From Veleropilina oligotropha (taxonomy: Eukaryota), in contig JBEUKZ010000119.1 in the NCBI GenBank assembly GCA_048128005.1, positions 1 to 64,000 of the forward strand: DNA of 64,000 nucleotides, written 5' to 3'. The translations under genes and the position numbers were made by a program. Positions 13,011 through 26,390 of the stretch are shown one piece after another (the first letter of the stretch is position 1; each line of letters begins with the position of its first letter). Below the pieces are notes generated by a model. The model was not told the DNA's origin. It saw only the letters and a list, made by a program, of their open reading frames with translations, and did no database searches.

Positions 13011-14516
13011 TGTTATTGTACTTCAATTGTCTGGTCAGTCCAAAAATAAAATGCTCAGTCAAATCCACAATAACTGCGTTTACGGTTTATTCAATCACGT
13101 GACTTTCTACTCTACATCATATGGTAAACTGTTTTCTTTATTGCAATGGATATGGAATTTCAACCAGGAGCGTCATTGGTATATCGTAAAACATGTATGC
13201 ACGTTTGAATGTGTACAAGATTTTGCACTATGCAAGTTTATATTGCGCTTTGCAAATGCATTGTATGACTCCGACAGAAGATACGAATAAAAAGGTGAAT
13301 AAGGAAGCATCCTATTTTTATGTCACGTGCATCTCTGCCCTGTTTCCCTTTGCAAACCTGTTTAACACAATCAATTTATGAGTAGCACAATCGCTATTTA
13401 AATATGTGGAAATGTCGTTTCTGCAGCAAACATGCTACCAAACATTTATATCCACTTAACATACAATAGATTTATCATTATGCATATTGTATGACAAATG
13501 TAGGTCTGAGTGAGTACCTAGTTAAACACAGCGCTCAATACATATGGATCTGCCATCACATATAATCGTAGTTTTGCGAAATATTATGATATGCTGATCA
13601 GTTTTAAATATATTGTTAGTAAGGTATTTTATTCCATCAGTAACCGTTTCTATAGCCGAGTGGATTTGAGTGTGCAATCCAAATTTACTCGCTGCTGTTA
13701 TCTGTCTAACAGGAGTGGGTTCGAACCTCGACAAAGTTACCAGTTTCAGTTGACCGATATTATTTTCCAGTCACTATATGGGCATGTCAATGCAAGTACA
13801 TGAGTTTGTTAAAAACATAGTATTAAACATCCATTAAATCCATATTCCTAATTCCAATCTACATCGTCTCCGCTGTTTATTTATTTCGGTAATTGGAAGT
13901 TCATACCCAATTCTAACTGTAGGCATATATGCAAAATTTATCATTGCCAACATAGCGCCTGCAACGCTTTATGGTAGAACTTTGAGTTCGGCAGTTGCCC
14001 CCGAGTGCAATATAATTTAGGGACAAAGGTTACGTCATCATCCAATGCCGCATTTCAAGGGTAGTTGTTCGGAAAAATATGATCGAAGCTTATTATCCTG
14101 TTTATATTATTATAATTATCATAGCAATTCACCAGGTTCGTACCAGGATTTGTCAATAGCGTCTCTGGAGGAATGCCCGAAAACGCGCTCTATCCAGTTA
14201 ATAATGGATACATGTGAATGTTAACTGAACAAAGCTGTCATTGCACCTTCAGAAGTTATGCTGAGAATAATATTTAAAGAGACTATATTGCCCGTAAATG
14301 CGCACTTTTCGTGACTGTGTAGCATGGTTGTTCGCTCGGTTCGCGCAGATTGATATACATTTCGCGAAGATATGATGGATATAATGATCAAATAGTAGAC
14401 TTGTATTGAAATTATTATTTTAAATGGGCAATATAAATAATTGTCATGTGGAAAGCTATATTACTTGACGAGCAGATACTTACGCAACTGTGCTCCAACT
14501 AGGTCAATTGGAAATG

Positions 14517-15130
14517 CACTCGGTGCGAGGTAATTAAAAGCGGGCCGCTTTCAGTTATTTTTTAATATCAATTTAAACGATAGCAAATTACTGACGAAAG
14601 TTGAGTGTTGAAAATTCTTACCTTTTGATATTATAAACGAAAAGTGTAATGCGGTTAGTTTTATTTTCCAAACATAAGAGCGCATTTATAAAGCACGTGT
14701 ACAAGAATGACTCGATGGAACTTATTTGTCTGAGTAAAGTCAATATCTGGTCCGTGAGCATCGATGAAAGCACGACATCTACCGGGCATACTGGAGATCA
14801 ACCGACGGATTGTCTCCCTTTGTATCTGGTCCGTGAGCGTCGTAGTCTCGGTCACCGCAGCCCCGTTCAGCTTCCTGCCGTCAACTGAGGCTGCGGTGAC
14901 CGAGACTATGAGCGTCGATGAAAGCACGACATCTTCAGGGCATACTGGAGATCAACCGACGGATTGTCTCCCTCGGATCGCACGTCATTCTTCTTGCAAG
15001 GCGGCTGGCCTGGCCAATATATTGCAAATGGGCAGATACTGACGTCTGCTGCGAATTTTGCCGCCCAAAACAACCCAAATATGTTCAATGGGAGACTTAT
15101 CTGGTGATTTTGCTGGCTAGGGCAGTTCTG
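14517..15130 (-). mobile_element. Tc1 transposase 3' relic with internal duplication
   Basis: Minus strand P*PAKSPDKSPIEHIW and TIRRLISSMPGRCRAFIDAHG; segment ~14755-14820 is duplicated at ~14910-14975. Confidence 0.75.
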
Positions 15131-15134
15131 TGAT

Positions 15135-15345
15135 GGATGGAGGGCAGGCGGCTGGCAGGTGTGAGGAGGGGATGGTGAAATGGGGGGTGGGGGTGGGGGT
15201 GGAGAGGGGTGAAATGGGTGGTGGGGGTTGGGGTGGACAAGGGTGAAATGGGTGGTGGGGGTTGGGGTGGACAGGGGTGAAATGGGGGTGAACTTGGGTG
15301 AGCAATGGTGGGTGAAATGGTGGGAGGAATGGTGGGTGAAATGGT
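15135..15345 (+). repeat. G-rich low-complexity repeat (GGGGTGAAATGGGTGGTGGGGGTT-like), G-quadruplex prone
   Basis: Dense GGG runs; the Pro/His-rich ORFs here are by-products. Confidence 0.85.
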
Positions 15346-16356
15346 ACCCACTCTATCGAGGATTTTCCTAGTTTACATGAACTTATTGACAATGTCACTA
15401 CCAGATAAACAGGTGGCATCAATATGACAGTAATCAATATATATGCATTATTATCTTACACTGAAATTAATTTGCACATTATCAGTATCAAATATCAGCA
15501 TGTGAGTGGCTGTCGGATATTAAGTCGATGCTGGTATGTGAGTCAGAGCTTGAGCCCTGCCGGCGTTTCATTCTACCACTTAGATAATTTTCGCTCGTTC
15601 AGATATCGTCAGACATATTTATACTCGTCACGTAAAAATGGTATATATCGACAACCAGTATAGCAATCTATATATATTTAACTATGACTGGTTATGTGTC
15701 AATATCTGTATAAACAGGTAGTTTAAAACTTAGGTGTATGGCTATTTTTTGCATACGATTATAAACTAAAACCGGTTTGCCTCGGGAAATGGAGCAGAAA
15801 TTGGCGCGATAAAAACATTTCATATTATATTTGTTCATTGGTGAATTGCATTGCAACCTGTTGACTGGTGTATATTTCATCAGGTCTATGTTTCTATGAT
15901 ATTGATGGGTAAGTGAAATATTGTCCACGGCGCGCTATGTAGGACGATTGTTTTGCCAAGATCTACTTGACATAAGCAAACGGTGTTTTTTGTAATTATT
16001 CTGATATTTACGCAGAAATATGACAATTCAAGTGTTTTTAAGTAATGCAAATGCACGAGGATGAACACGTATATAAAGCAAACCAACCGAGGCGAGTGTG
16101 TTGAACGCGGTACAGTTTATGACGGGGTTTTGTGCCATCATAACTTAATCTACCATATTTTCATGTGGGATAACTTACATGATATACTATTCATTTAATG
16201 AGAACGACTGTCTTAACCAACTAAATAATATAGCTGCTTGTTCTTTCTTCTTTCAGATCAGAAAGGGAAAAACGTATAACTTACATTTCGTAAGTTGAAA
16301 CTGAAGGATACAATAACGTTTGGTGATAAAGAATCGGACGTTCTCTTGTTGTACAC

Positions 16357-17064
16357 ATGTTATGGACTACCCTGAACAACATGGAATATATACCCGATGA
16401 AATTTTGCTGAAGATATTTTCCAATCTGGAATTAGTGGATCTTGTGGAAAACGCGCGTCACACATGCAAGCGATTTTGGTCACTTGCCTATGATGTATCT
16501 CTCTGGCGGGATGTAACGTTTGGAATCGCCGAATCCTTGTCGCGCCCTTTCCAAGAAGCGCTGTGTGCTTGTGCAAATGTTGTTGTGAACTTTACCATTA
16601 ATGGACATCAGTCTAAAGGATTACAAATACTATTGGAAAGGAATAAATACTTCACGAAGTTGAAACGGATGCATTTAATGTGTACTGGTGTGGAACCGGA
16701 TAACTTTAGAAAACTGATTTCCATTTATTCCACTGTGGAAATGATAACGATACATTACTATTACCGAACAAACATCGATGAACTACAAAAAATAAAACGT
16801 CTTAACGACCTACATTATGTGACCTTCATCAAGACTCATAATAACATATTTTCAGTCAACATCGCAGAAAGGAGGGAAATAATTTGGTGCCCAAACACCG
16901 AACGGAGATCAATAATGCAAATGGCCAAAGTGTTGTGTTCACCCTCGGCTTGGTTAAAATGTATTACTTTAGTAGCTTTTTGTTTTGTGTGTATTAGCAC
17001 ATCTATTTTTATTATTGTTGCTAAGATAGAAACTACAGGACGAAACGACACGAATATTTCATAA
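16357..17064 (+). CDS. Intronless F-box protein with C-terminal transmembrane segment (alternative start at 16381)
   Basis: Canonical F-box IPDEILLKIFSNLELVDLVENARHTCKRFWSLAYDVSLWR; LRR-like middle; hydrophobic CITLVAFCFVCISTSIFIIVA near the C-terminus; uninterrupted 235-aa ORF. Confidence 0.82.
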   Translation: MLWTTLNNMEYIPDEILLKIFSNLELVDLVENARHTCKRFWSLAYDVSLWRDVTFGIAESLSRPFQEALCACANVVVNFTINGHQSKGLQILLERNKYFTKLKRMHLMCTGVEPDNFRKLISIYSTVEMITIHYYYRTNIDELQKIKRLNDLHYVTFIKTHNNIFSVNIAERREIIWCPNTERRSIMQMAKVLCSPSAWLKCITLVAFCFVCISTSIFIIVAKIETTGRNDTNIS

Positions 17065-17389
17065 TCATCTCTAGATGATTAAATTTCGGACAAACGTCCT
17101 CACTAAAATGATGAACGTCAACGAATAACGTACGCGGAATATACATACAATTATGAATTGCATTATGGATATTGTCAGGTCAACCGACCAAAAAGAAATT
17201 CGATTTTAGCCATGCCTTTGTCAAAATTATAAACTAACTACATATTAACTAACGCCAAGCCTAATATTGTGATCTACAAATCAGACCAGACGGTCTGGCA
17301 TTGTTGTGTATTAGCACCTCATGTTTTAATTAATAAGGTAGCTGATGGCATAATGTTTTGGAGAATTTTCAATTCGTTCAAAGACGTTT

Positions 17390-18012
17390 TGGCGAATTTC
17401 CTTTTCGTCGTGTAAAAGGATGATTGGAATAATGATGTTTATTACGAGAGAAACCTTCTACTTCAACTGTGCTTGTTTATGGTCAACTTGGTGTATATCC
17501 CTTACAGAGAGAACGTTATATACGGATTCTAAAATATTGGTATAAATTACTATCATAATATAGGTTGTATGTATAATCAGATACAAGTTGTATGTATATA
17601 AGCACTATGTATGACAAACAAGTAGAAATGCTAGATACCAACCCCACGGCTGTCACATTGGAAAACGCTAAACGAGTATGCGATGTATGCACTGAATTAG
17701 AAGATGAATATCATATTCTACTTGTGTGTCCACTATTTCAAGCCATCCGATAACAATATATATTACACAATATTAATTCAATAGACCAAGTGTAAATTGA
17801 ACTTATGTCATCAAACAACTTTGTAACTCGAAGTAGGCTTGCTATTTGCGTATACAAAATAATGATTTCTTATTCTGATTTAATAGCAGAATAATTTATA
17901 TATTAAAATAATTACTTTATATATCTCTGGTATCTACCGAAACTTTATTATGTATATTGGCCGATATTCTTGATAGGCCTACCTGGTTTAAATAAACACT
18001 GATTGATTGATT
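17390..18012 (+). mobile_element. RTEX-like LINE 3' fragment
   Basis: YGQLGVYPL..RILKYWYKLL and CDVCTELEDEYHILLVCP motifs; ends with AATAAA and (TGAT)n. Confidence 0.6.
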
Positions 18013-18821
18013 ATAATTATTATTAGATAATCGCTTCAGTCAACGACATACATTTGACGTGATCGGTTGCGTTAGAAGCCATTGCAAATATGTCGTTGAG
18101 CTTTTCCCCAGTCGTTTTGTTGATTGTTACAATATCAAAATAATAGCAATATATGTATTTAATAATTTTAATACGGTACATGCCATTATTTGACTCTTTA
18201 TGTTCAGATACTGTATTGTATTTTTTGATATGCAAATTAGTATATATACAAAAAGTATATATACAAAAGTCCGATAATCTTGGAAGTCCGAATCGATAAC
18301 GCTTGACGTTCGGTGCAGTTTCCCGTCATTTTGTCAAAGATTTTAAATTTTATCGCACTTTTTTCCGACTCGAATTGACCCCTTATGATGAAAACGATAA
18401 TTTTATAGACATGTTTCATGTTTGTAACCTCAATGTATCATCATGCACTCCTACATAGTGATGATAAACATCGTATTTACACTCTTAAAATGCAGGAAAG
18501 AGGGATTCACACCGTAAATTATCAATATTAGCATATTTCAAAGTGCATGTCAATTTGAAATCTTTTAGTCATTAATAGTTGCGAAAGTGCTCTCATTTAT
18601 GCGAATTTGGAAAGCACGTAGACATCGTGCAGACTGTGACGAGCCAGGACGAAAATCACGCGACGTATTAGTGGCATACAACTTTCTGACTAAACAAGAA
18701 CGACGCGTTCGTAATATGTCTCGACCTTTGTCTGATAGGTCTGTCTGCTACAAATATTTAGTGTACATTACTTAAATATGATGGCAAGCATTTAACATTT
18801 ACCGATTTTCTAATAGCTACC

Positions 18822-19265
18822 CAGACGCGGTTCCAAGAATTTCGCTTAGGGGGGGGGGGCGCGCTGAATTTACTATCAACTGTTCGCGTGGGGGCGGGGC
18901 CCCACGCGAAATAAAATTTTGAGAATCAACAGCCTGAAACCCCCTCTCCTGCACTCTGACAGGGCAAAAGCGATATTTCATTCTAACTTTTTATGAACCA
19001 TCGTCACTCAAATAGCACGATTCAAATTTTTATTTTATTTTGTCATAATCCAATTATCCGTGTAGGTCGGCGCCCCACGCGCAAGAAAATTTTGACAATT
19101 AACGATGTGAAATCCCCCACCTTCATTATTACATTGCAACAGCCTATTTATAATGTTCTGCAAGTCATTTGTATCAGATTATACATATTATTGTAGTATG
19201 CTTGGCCAACTTTCGGGGGGGGGGGGGGGTGCCAGGTGCGCCCCCCCCCCCTGGATCCGCGCCTG
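18822..19265. mobile_element. Non-autonomous hAT-like MITE
   Basis: Termini CAGACGCGGTTCCA and TGGATCCGCGCCTG; homologous in inverted orientation to 48481-48875; related fragments at ~40-200 and ~40430-40722. No clean 8-bp TSD. Confidence 0.7.
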
Positions 19266-20089
19266 GCTATAGCCTAATAGTACGATGTTGTCCGGTGGAG
19301 TTGCGCACCTAAGCTCCGATTGGGATGTTTAGAAGCATCATATTGCCTATGTGTTTTGAATTACTAACTTTTATGGAAGTTTGATAAATGAAGTCATCTT
19401 TTGATAAATAAACAAAAATTGAGCAAATTTAACGAAATAAACATGGGAAACGCAACACTAATAACGCTCACCAAGCGTGTATGCTGAAGGTCACAATGTC
19501 CGGTGGGCTTGCGCAGTCACATAATTAATGCAAATTTTCGCGTATACATTAGGGCAATATAAAATGTCAAACTTGCTTTTGGGACAAAGATTAATTACAA
19601 AAATCATATTTATAGCATTTTAATACCACAAATGCACTGTAATTCGTCCCTTTATATGACCCAGGCATAGGGGCTTCCGTACTCTAAGCCCCGCCCTTAC
19701 TGTATTCCAATGGCCGCTGCATAAAACTTCGTTCGCGTTTAGCTTCACAGCTTTGTAGTAAATAAATTACAGGCAAGTTATTATATCAAGTTTCATAACA
19801 AACTTTGTGCTAAAAAATTAAGTATCATTTGGAAACTTTATTTACCGAAAACTACTACCATATACTTTGCTAGACATATTTATTTTCGATCTAGTAAATA
19901 TTCACGAGGTCATCAAATCAAACATGTAGGTCATGCAATATTAGGTGCATAGCTTCAGGTAAGCCATAGCATCGATAGCTCTAGATAGTTTAACTATCGA
20001 TAGTTATAGCTTACAGATTTCAATGTCAGTGCAGGCTATAGTTTGGCCTTGAACGAAATCGGTGGTCATTTCATTCGAGAGAATAGATG

Positions 20090-22830
20090 TTAGATAGATG
20101 TTTATTTGTCTTTCATTAAAATTTGGTTACATATTAGTAACAAATAATAATAATAATAATAACACAATAGAAAGACAGGACGACAGTTGAGCCAAATGCT
20201 GGCTGTTCCTTAATTAGGTACCGCCCCCCCTATATATATATATTTACATTATAGTATATATAATAAATAAATCACATGGCATATACATGTGTTGTTATGT
20301 GATTATGTAGTTGATGTGACTGTTAGTAAGAAGCGTATTTGTAACAGGTGTGACGTCTTTTGGGTGCATGCAGAAGTTGCTATGTCATGTGTGTTGAGCT
20401 GTAGTGGCTGCTTTAATATATGTTCATCTTAAGTTTGTTATATTCCTTTGTAAATGATTTGACATTTTTTGTTTTGTTTTAGATCGGGTGATAGTTTTCC
20501 CCACACCAATGGCATTTGGCACATAATGCTACGGTTAAATACTGATGTATTATGGCGTTGAATAATTGGGTCATGTCTATTTATGGTATTAATTGTGATA
20601 ATGGGCAATATTTATGAATAATGTGTATATTGGACCCGGTACTTTATTGTTGTAATATTGAAAACCAACCTTGGTTAGCTCTAGCTCTATCATATCTTCT
20701 AATTTCAGGATGCCTAACTTTTTAAATAATGGATCACTATGAGCATTATATTTTTCATTTAGAATAATATGAACACACTTCTTTTGTAACATGCATAGTT
20801 TTCTTAATTGTGCTTTATTTATCATTGGACCCCACACAGAGAGCCCATATGATACATGACAATGTACAGTACTAAAATAAATCGTTCTTTTTATCCACGA
20901 GGGGAGGGAGTTTTTACAACACCGTAAACTATATAGACTTCTAAGTATTTTGTTTTGTTTGGAGTTGGAGTGTTCAATCCAGTTAAGATTTTCATCTATA
21001 ATTATTCCTAAAAAAATTGTTGATCTGACTTTATTTATTTTAATGTCGTCTATTTTTATTTCAAAATTGATAATAGTTTGACCAGTATTGTGTTTGAAAA
21101 TAATGTAATTTGTTTTGTTTATATTTAATGACAGTTTATTGGCATGAAACCAAATATTTAGTACTTTCAGGTTATGCATCGCATACTCATGTAGCCTACA
21201 AAGTTTACTGTCACTGACATATGCTGTCGTGTCGTCGGCAAAGTTGATTATTTTTAAATATTTCAAACATTTGTACAAGTCCCAGCACAGAGCCTTGAGG
21301 TACTCTACAGGTAACTTCTTTGTATTATGATGTAAACTTCCTATCATTATTGTCACAAAATTTAACGCATTGCATTATTCCAGTTAAGTAACTCTGGAAC
21401 CACTCGTTTGGCAGACCTCTTATCCCATAATAATCTATCTTTTTACGTAATATTGTATGGTCAATTGTATCAAACGCCTTTGATAAATCGAGAAATATTG
21501 AAAATGTGTCTGTATTGTCTTCTATACCTTTGGAAACGTCACCTATACATTGAATAACTGCATCTATTGTGCTGTGACTTTGTCTAAATCCATACTGACT
21601 TTGATATAAAATATCATTCAGGTTAAGAAAATTATAAAGGCGTTTATATACAATTATTTCCAATATTTTTGAAACAGCTGGTAAAAGTGATAACGGTCTG
21701 TAGTCGTTAATTAGATGTTTATCTTTGCCTTTGTGAATTGGGGTAATCTCAGCATACTTCATTAGCTGGGGAAATACTCCTGTTTCTAATGATTTGTTAA
21801 ATATAATGAGCAATGGTTTATTTACAGAATAAACTAGTTTCTTTAATATTATATTACTGTCGTAACCGGAGCTGCTTTTATTTTTTAAGTCTAAAATTGT
21901 TTTCGCAAGTTCCAGCAGATCAGTAGGCGAATAGAAAAAAAGTATTTTGCTGTCTATTATTTAAATAGCTAGAGAAGTGTGTGGTTGTTCTTGGAATTTT
22001 GTTTGCTAAATTTGCACCTACTTCGGAAAAATATTCGCAAAATTTATTACAAATGTTTAATGGGTTGTATATTTTTACACCTTCGGTATCAATATAATTC
22101 GGTAATCCCAATTTGTTTCTTTGCTTTCCCATTATCGAATTTATGATGTTTCATAATTTTGTTGAATCATTTCTGAAAGTATTAATGCGATCATTGTAGA
22201 ACCTGTGCTTTGATATCCGCTTTAGTTTGTTGTATATGCTTCTATATTTTACATATGTTATGTATTCATCACTGGTTTTACATTTTCCTATAGACTTTTT
22301 AAATAATTTGTTACAATTTATAAAGCTCTTTAACAATCCTGGTGTCATGTATTCGTTGTTTATATAGTGTTTTGGTGATATTTTTATTTCCCTTTCTGGT
22401 GCCACTTTATCTACTGTAGATTTTAATACATCATACTATGTCTTGAAGCCATGGTCTGCGTCATAATGTTTAATTACGTTCCAGTCGTGGATATTAATGA
22501 TATCTTTCATTATTTTTATTTTTGAGTCACTTATTTTTCTGGTAATAATAATTTTCGCTTTTTAATTCGTTTTAAATGACAACATATTAGTGCCAAGCAA
22601 GGTAGATGATCTGATATATGTGTTGTAAGAATAGCCGCTGTACAAGATTTTGCCCAAGTGGAGTTAATATATATGTTATCTATCAGGGTAGCACTTTGGT
22701 GTGTAATCGCGTAGGACGGGTTATTAACGGTAGCATTCCATGTGTCAATGTTATATCAAGACAAAGTTTAGTATTGTTATGCTTATTAAGTTTTAGGGAA
22801 TCCAGATTCTGTTCACTTCCTAGTATTAAT
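20090..22830 (-). mobile_element. Degenerate L2-group (Crack/Daphne-like) LINE ORF2 with 3' UTR
   Basis: YRPLSLLPAVSKILE, QYGFR, FLDLSKAFDTIDH, FADDTT and FLGIIIDENLNW across several frameshifted ORFs. Confidence 0.92.
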
Positions 22831-23356
22831 GGCCGCCATTTTATGACGCTTCGAATCAATTTTAGATTTAAATTAACATATTAACGTTGCATATTTATAA
22901 AATTATTGTGAAAACGTGTTTATAATTGTGAACATATAAAAAGCCGACAAATTAGTCATGACTGTGATGCTTTATATGTAAGCTGGTAAAGTTGATTCGA
23001 TAGCAGACGACGACTCGCTCACCTTCCCGACGAAATAATGAAATAGACACCGAAGCCTCGCGCATTTAATGTTATTTTAATAGAGCTTGTTGGATAAGTA
23101 TGATATTGATAAAGCGACATTAGTTTTTTTTAAAAACAATTTTTGCTCTTTATAGTTTATAGATTAGGTTAAACTGGGGTTATTTTTCACATCCATTGCA
23201 ACATTTTCATGACGTCAAGGTTCAATTTACAATTCACATTCTGCAATATTCCTACTCCGCATAATTATGTTAAAATGTATTAACAAACTTAAAATCAGCG
23301 TTGCATATAGGCCTACATCTTGTTTCTTTATAAATTTAGGATATATGATAAACAGA

Positions 23357-23499
23357 ATCTCACATTCGTGGTCATTTAATATCACATTTATGAAACTCGT
23401 TAACTAATTTTCATATTATCCTCGGTGAAACCTTGGAAAATATGAAAATTAGTTAACTCGTTTCATAAATGTGATATTAAATGACCACTCATATGAGAT
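23357..23499. repeat. Long hairpin with CTCG bubbles, centre CCTCGGTGAAACCTTGG
   Basis: Arms of ~60 bp are reverse complements except at same-strand TCG/CTC mismatches. Confidence 0.92.
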
Positions 23500-23743
23500 C
23501 CCCTCAATATACACACACGGTCCATTTGATAATGTCGTGTCTTTTTTTACAAAAGGTCAATACATAAAAACAGCATTCTATGCATGTGTGCAAGAAGACC
23601 TTCATCGGTGTGTTAGGTGTGTAAAATAAATAGCGAATCCTCGACCCAGCAAGTTGAGGGGGTGTATCCCCCCCCCCCATATAAGCCAATCTTAAATATG
23701 CCTTTGCTGTGGTACGCCATTATGGCCGTGGTAAACTTATGGA

Positions 23744-24004
23744 GGAGGGGAGGAATTATGCTTAATGTCCTGTATATTTATAACATCGAGGTTCAAGGCA
23801 GGACATGTCCGTATTATCACGGGAGGAAACCCCGATCGCCGGGTAAACCCGCCATCTTCGGCTAGTCGCGGACAACTGTGCTTCATAACTTGAACAAATG
23901 TGTGCTGCCTCAGCCGGGGGTTGATCCCACTACTGTTCGCGTCAGCGGAAACAAGCCAGTGAATTTAGAGTGGACACTCTACCCACTGCGCTACCGAAGC
24001 GGCC
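23744..24004 (-). mobile_element. tRNA-derived SINE, young copy (family A)
   Basis: 12-bp TSD TAAACTTATGGA at 23732-23743 and 24005-24016; high identity to 2117-2379. Confidence 0.85.
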
Positions 24005-24109
24005 TAAACTTATGGAACGGCGCACTAATCTCCATGTATGGCTTGAGTGCCACAACCAAAAAAGGAATCATGCTATAGTCTTACTAACGTCATTCACGAT
24101 GACCTAATG

Positions 24110-24560
24110 GCGGCAAGACATCTGCGCATCTTCTCCGACTCATGTTTGGCAAAACAAAATTATCAACGTGATATCAATGCTCGCTGCGACACGAAAGCAG
24201 GTTTTCCCGCACATTAACATTTCGTACGTATTTCCGATCCGCGGCCATTCTTATCTTCCTGCCGATCGAGTCTTCGGCAGGATTGAACTTGACATTACGA
24301 AAACTGAAACAATCTTGCTACCAGTGACTTCTTTGAGATTCTTGAAAAGCGTGGCGATGTCTATGCTTATGGGGTCCATTGACGTTGCACGGACTATAAA
24401 TCAGAAACACCACATATGACGAAAACACAACGCACATTTAAACTGAGCGAAACACGTGTTCTTTCGTTCAAGAATATCAGGGAGGTGCTTGGTATCCGTG
24501 CGAACTATGCTGGCGAATTCTGCTATCACAGCATTCTGAAACGTGGTAGTAACTGGACTT
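24110..24560 (+). pseudogene. Sola1-like DDD transposase relic
   Basis: LRIFSDSC..QN (frameshifted) and FPIRGHSYLPADRVFGRIE motifs. Confidence 0.55.
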
Positions 24561-26164
24561 GTGCTCTGGATGTATGTGATATGCTCTTACTTCATGCAAC
24601 TCGGTAACTGGCAGATCAACGAGACTGTTCGCCAGGTTACAAATTTTGTCATTTCAAAAATACTGCGGCTCTTGGTATGATAGCATTGCTTATCAGTTAC
24701 AGTAACAAAACCGTTGGGATGATGATCTCTGGTTTAACGTCACAGTCTCTATCCATGCAATAAGGCATTTTTTGCTTACAGCATCCATCCAGTTCTGAGC
24801 ATTGCACCAATCCAAGTATCGATACATTGTCTATCGGTATGGTGATATGTACAGGCAAGTTCATTGTGATTGCCTCTTCATGGTGGTGTGATGGAGTTTT
24901 AGGCCCGCGTCCACCTCATCAGCGTTTTAGCAGGCCAATTCCTACAGGAGCCACCGGCGACAAAAATAGTTTCACAATAACAGTGTTATGAAAGAAGTGC
25001 CTCTAACACAAGTGCGACACTGATATGTGTTGGTGAAGGCATCATAACCAACACAAGACGGTATGCAAGCACGTCAGTAGTTTTGTTAAAAATGTTAGTA
25101 CAAATGCTTGCATGATAACATCGACGAACAAGTTTACCAACTAAAAAGGAACAACCATGAAGAGTGATGAATCAAGTGAAAACTTCGGTGCTATAGATTT
25201 CCAAGACATATACTATTATGAATAAGTTTTTTCTCAAAGATGGAAGGATTAATGCTTCATGTCAGGTATATTTACAACGACCGCTTTCAAGGCAGGACAT
25301 GTCCATATTATCGCTGGAGGAATTCATGATCGCCTAGGAAACATGTCCGGCCAGTTAGTTAATACCGCAGCCGAGATTCAATCCCACTCCTGCTAGCGCA
25401 ATCAAGCCACTGATTTCAAAATCAGCACTCGATGCCACACAACTACTTAAAAAAAGAGAGTGTAATAATGATAATGATAATATATTAAGCATACCGATAC
25501 ACCTTCAATAAGCTGGTGGACTTCAATAAGCTGTTGATATTTTTTTCAAATTTAAACGATATACACATTGGAAATAACAAAAAAACGTCACCATAGTTTG
25601 CTTACTATTATCATACATATTAATTGAATTCATAATTTTCGCATAATTTGGTCCCTTTAATTCTTCCATAAATAATCGATTCAACACCGCGCGTACGTAA
25701 GCCGGCATTGCATAATTGAGAAACAGCGCACATTGAATAAGTTATTAATCTAACCAACAAATATCACAAACAAATATTAAATAATACGCACTAGAACGAT
25801 AACTGTAATAAAATAAATATTTTTTGAGTAACTAGGTTAGGACAGTTCATTCCAGACTCGATAATTCATTATTTAATTGCCGGAGGGAGCACCAATCCGG
25901 AACCGGCAAAAACGATTCGGAACTAGCTGAACGATAGAGGTAAATCAAGTTACGTTTTCTTCCTCGTATACATTTATTTGACACCTGAACTTTTTGATAT
26001 AGTTTTCCATTGGAATAAATGTTTTAACGGTACCCATTACGGGTCGTGTTTCCACGCTTCCGCAACGTATGCAGTCGACGACCGAAAACCGACCCGGCTA
26101 AACGACTGTGCATTCAGATGAAGAAGCATGTCAGAATTATTCATTAATATAGTCCTCTCCTATA

Positions 26165-26390
26165 ACTGTCGTCCTCGATAGCTCAACTGGTTAGGGCATG
26201 ATTCAGTAATATAGTCTTCTCATAACACTATCATCCTCGATCGCTCATCAGCTTAGTGCGTCGGAAAAAACTAATAGAAGGCATATCATTAATGTATGTC
26301 GGTCATATCGGAGTGAAACCTTAAACCGGGTGGCCCGACTACGATACAGCTGAAAAATTGCTAAACGTGGACGTAAAACCCCCCAAATCT
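26165..26390 (+). mobile_element. Diverged tRNA-derived SINE (second family)
   Basis: A-box-like TAGCTCAACTGGTTAG head, duplicated, and a SINE-type 3' end GCTGAAAAATTGCTAAACGTGGACGTAAAAC. Confidence 0.45.

Noticed and set aside
12604..13290. 228-aa plus-strand ORF
   Set aside because: Antisense to the F-box ORF, with no recognisable domain.
15097..15437. Pro/His-rich proteins in the ORF track
   Set aside because: Translation of a G-rich simple repeat.
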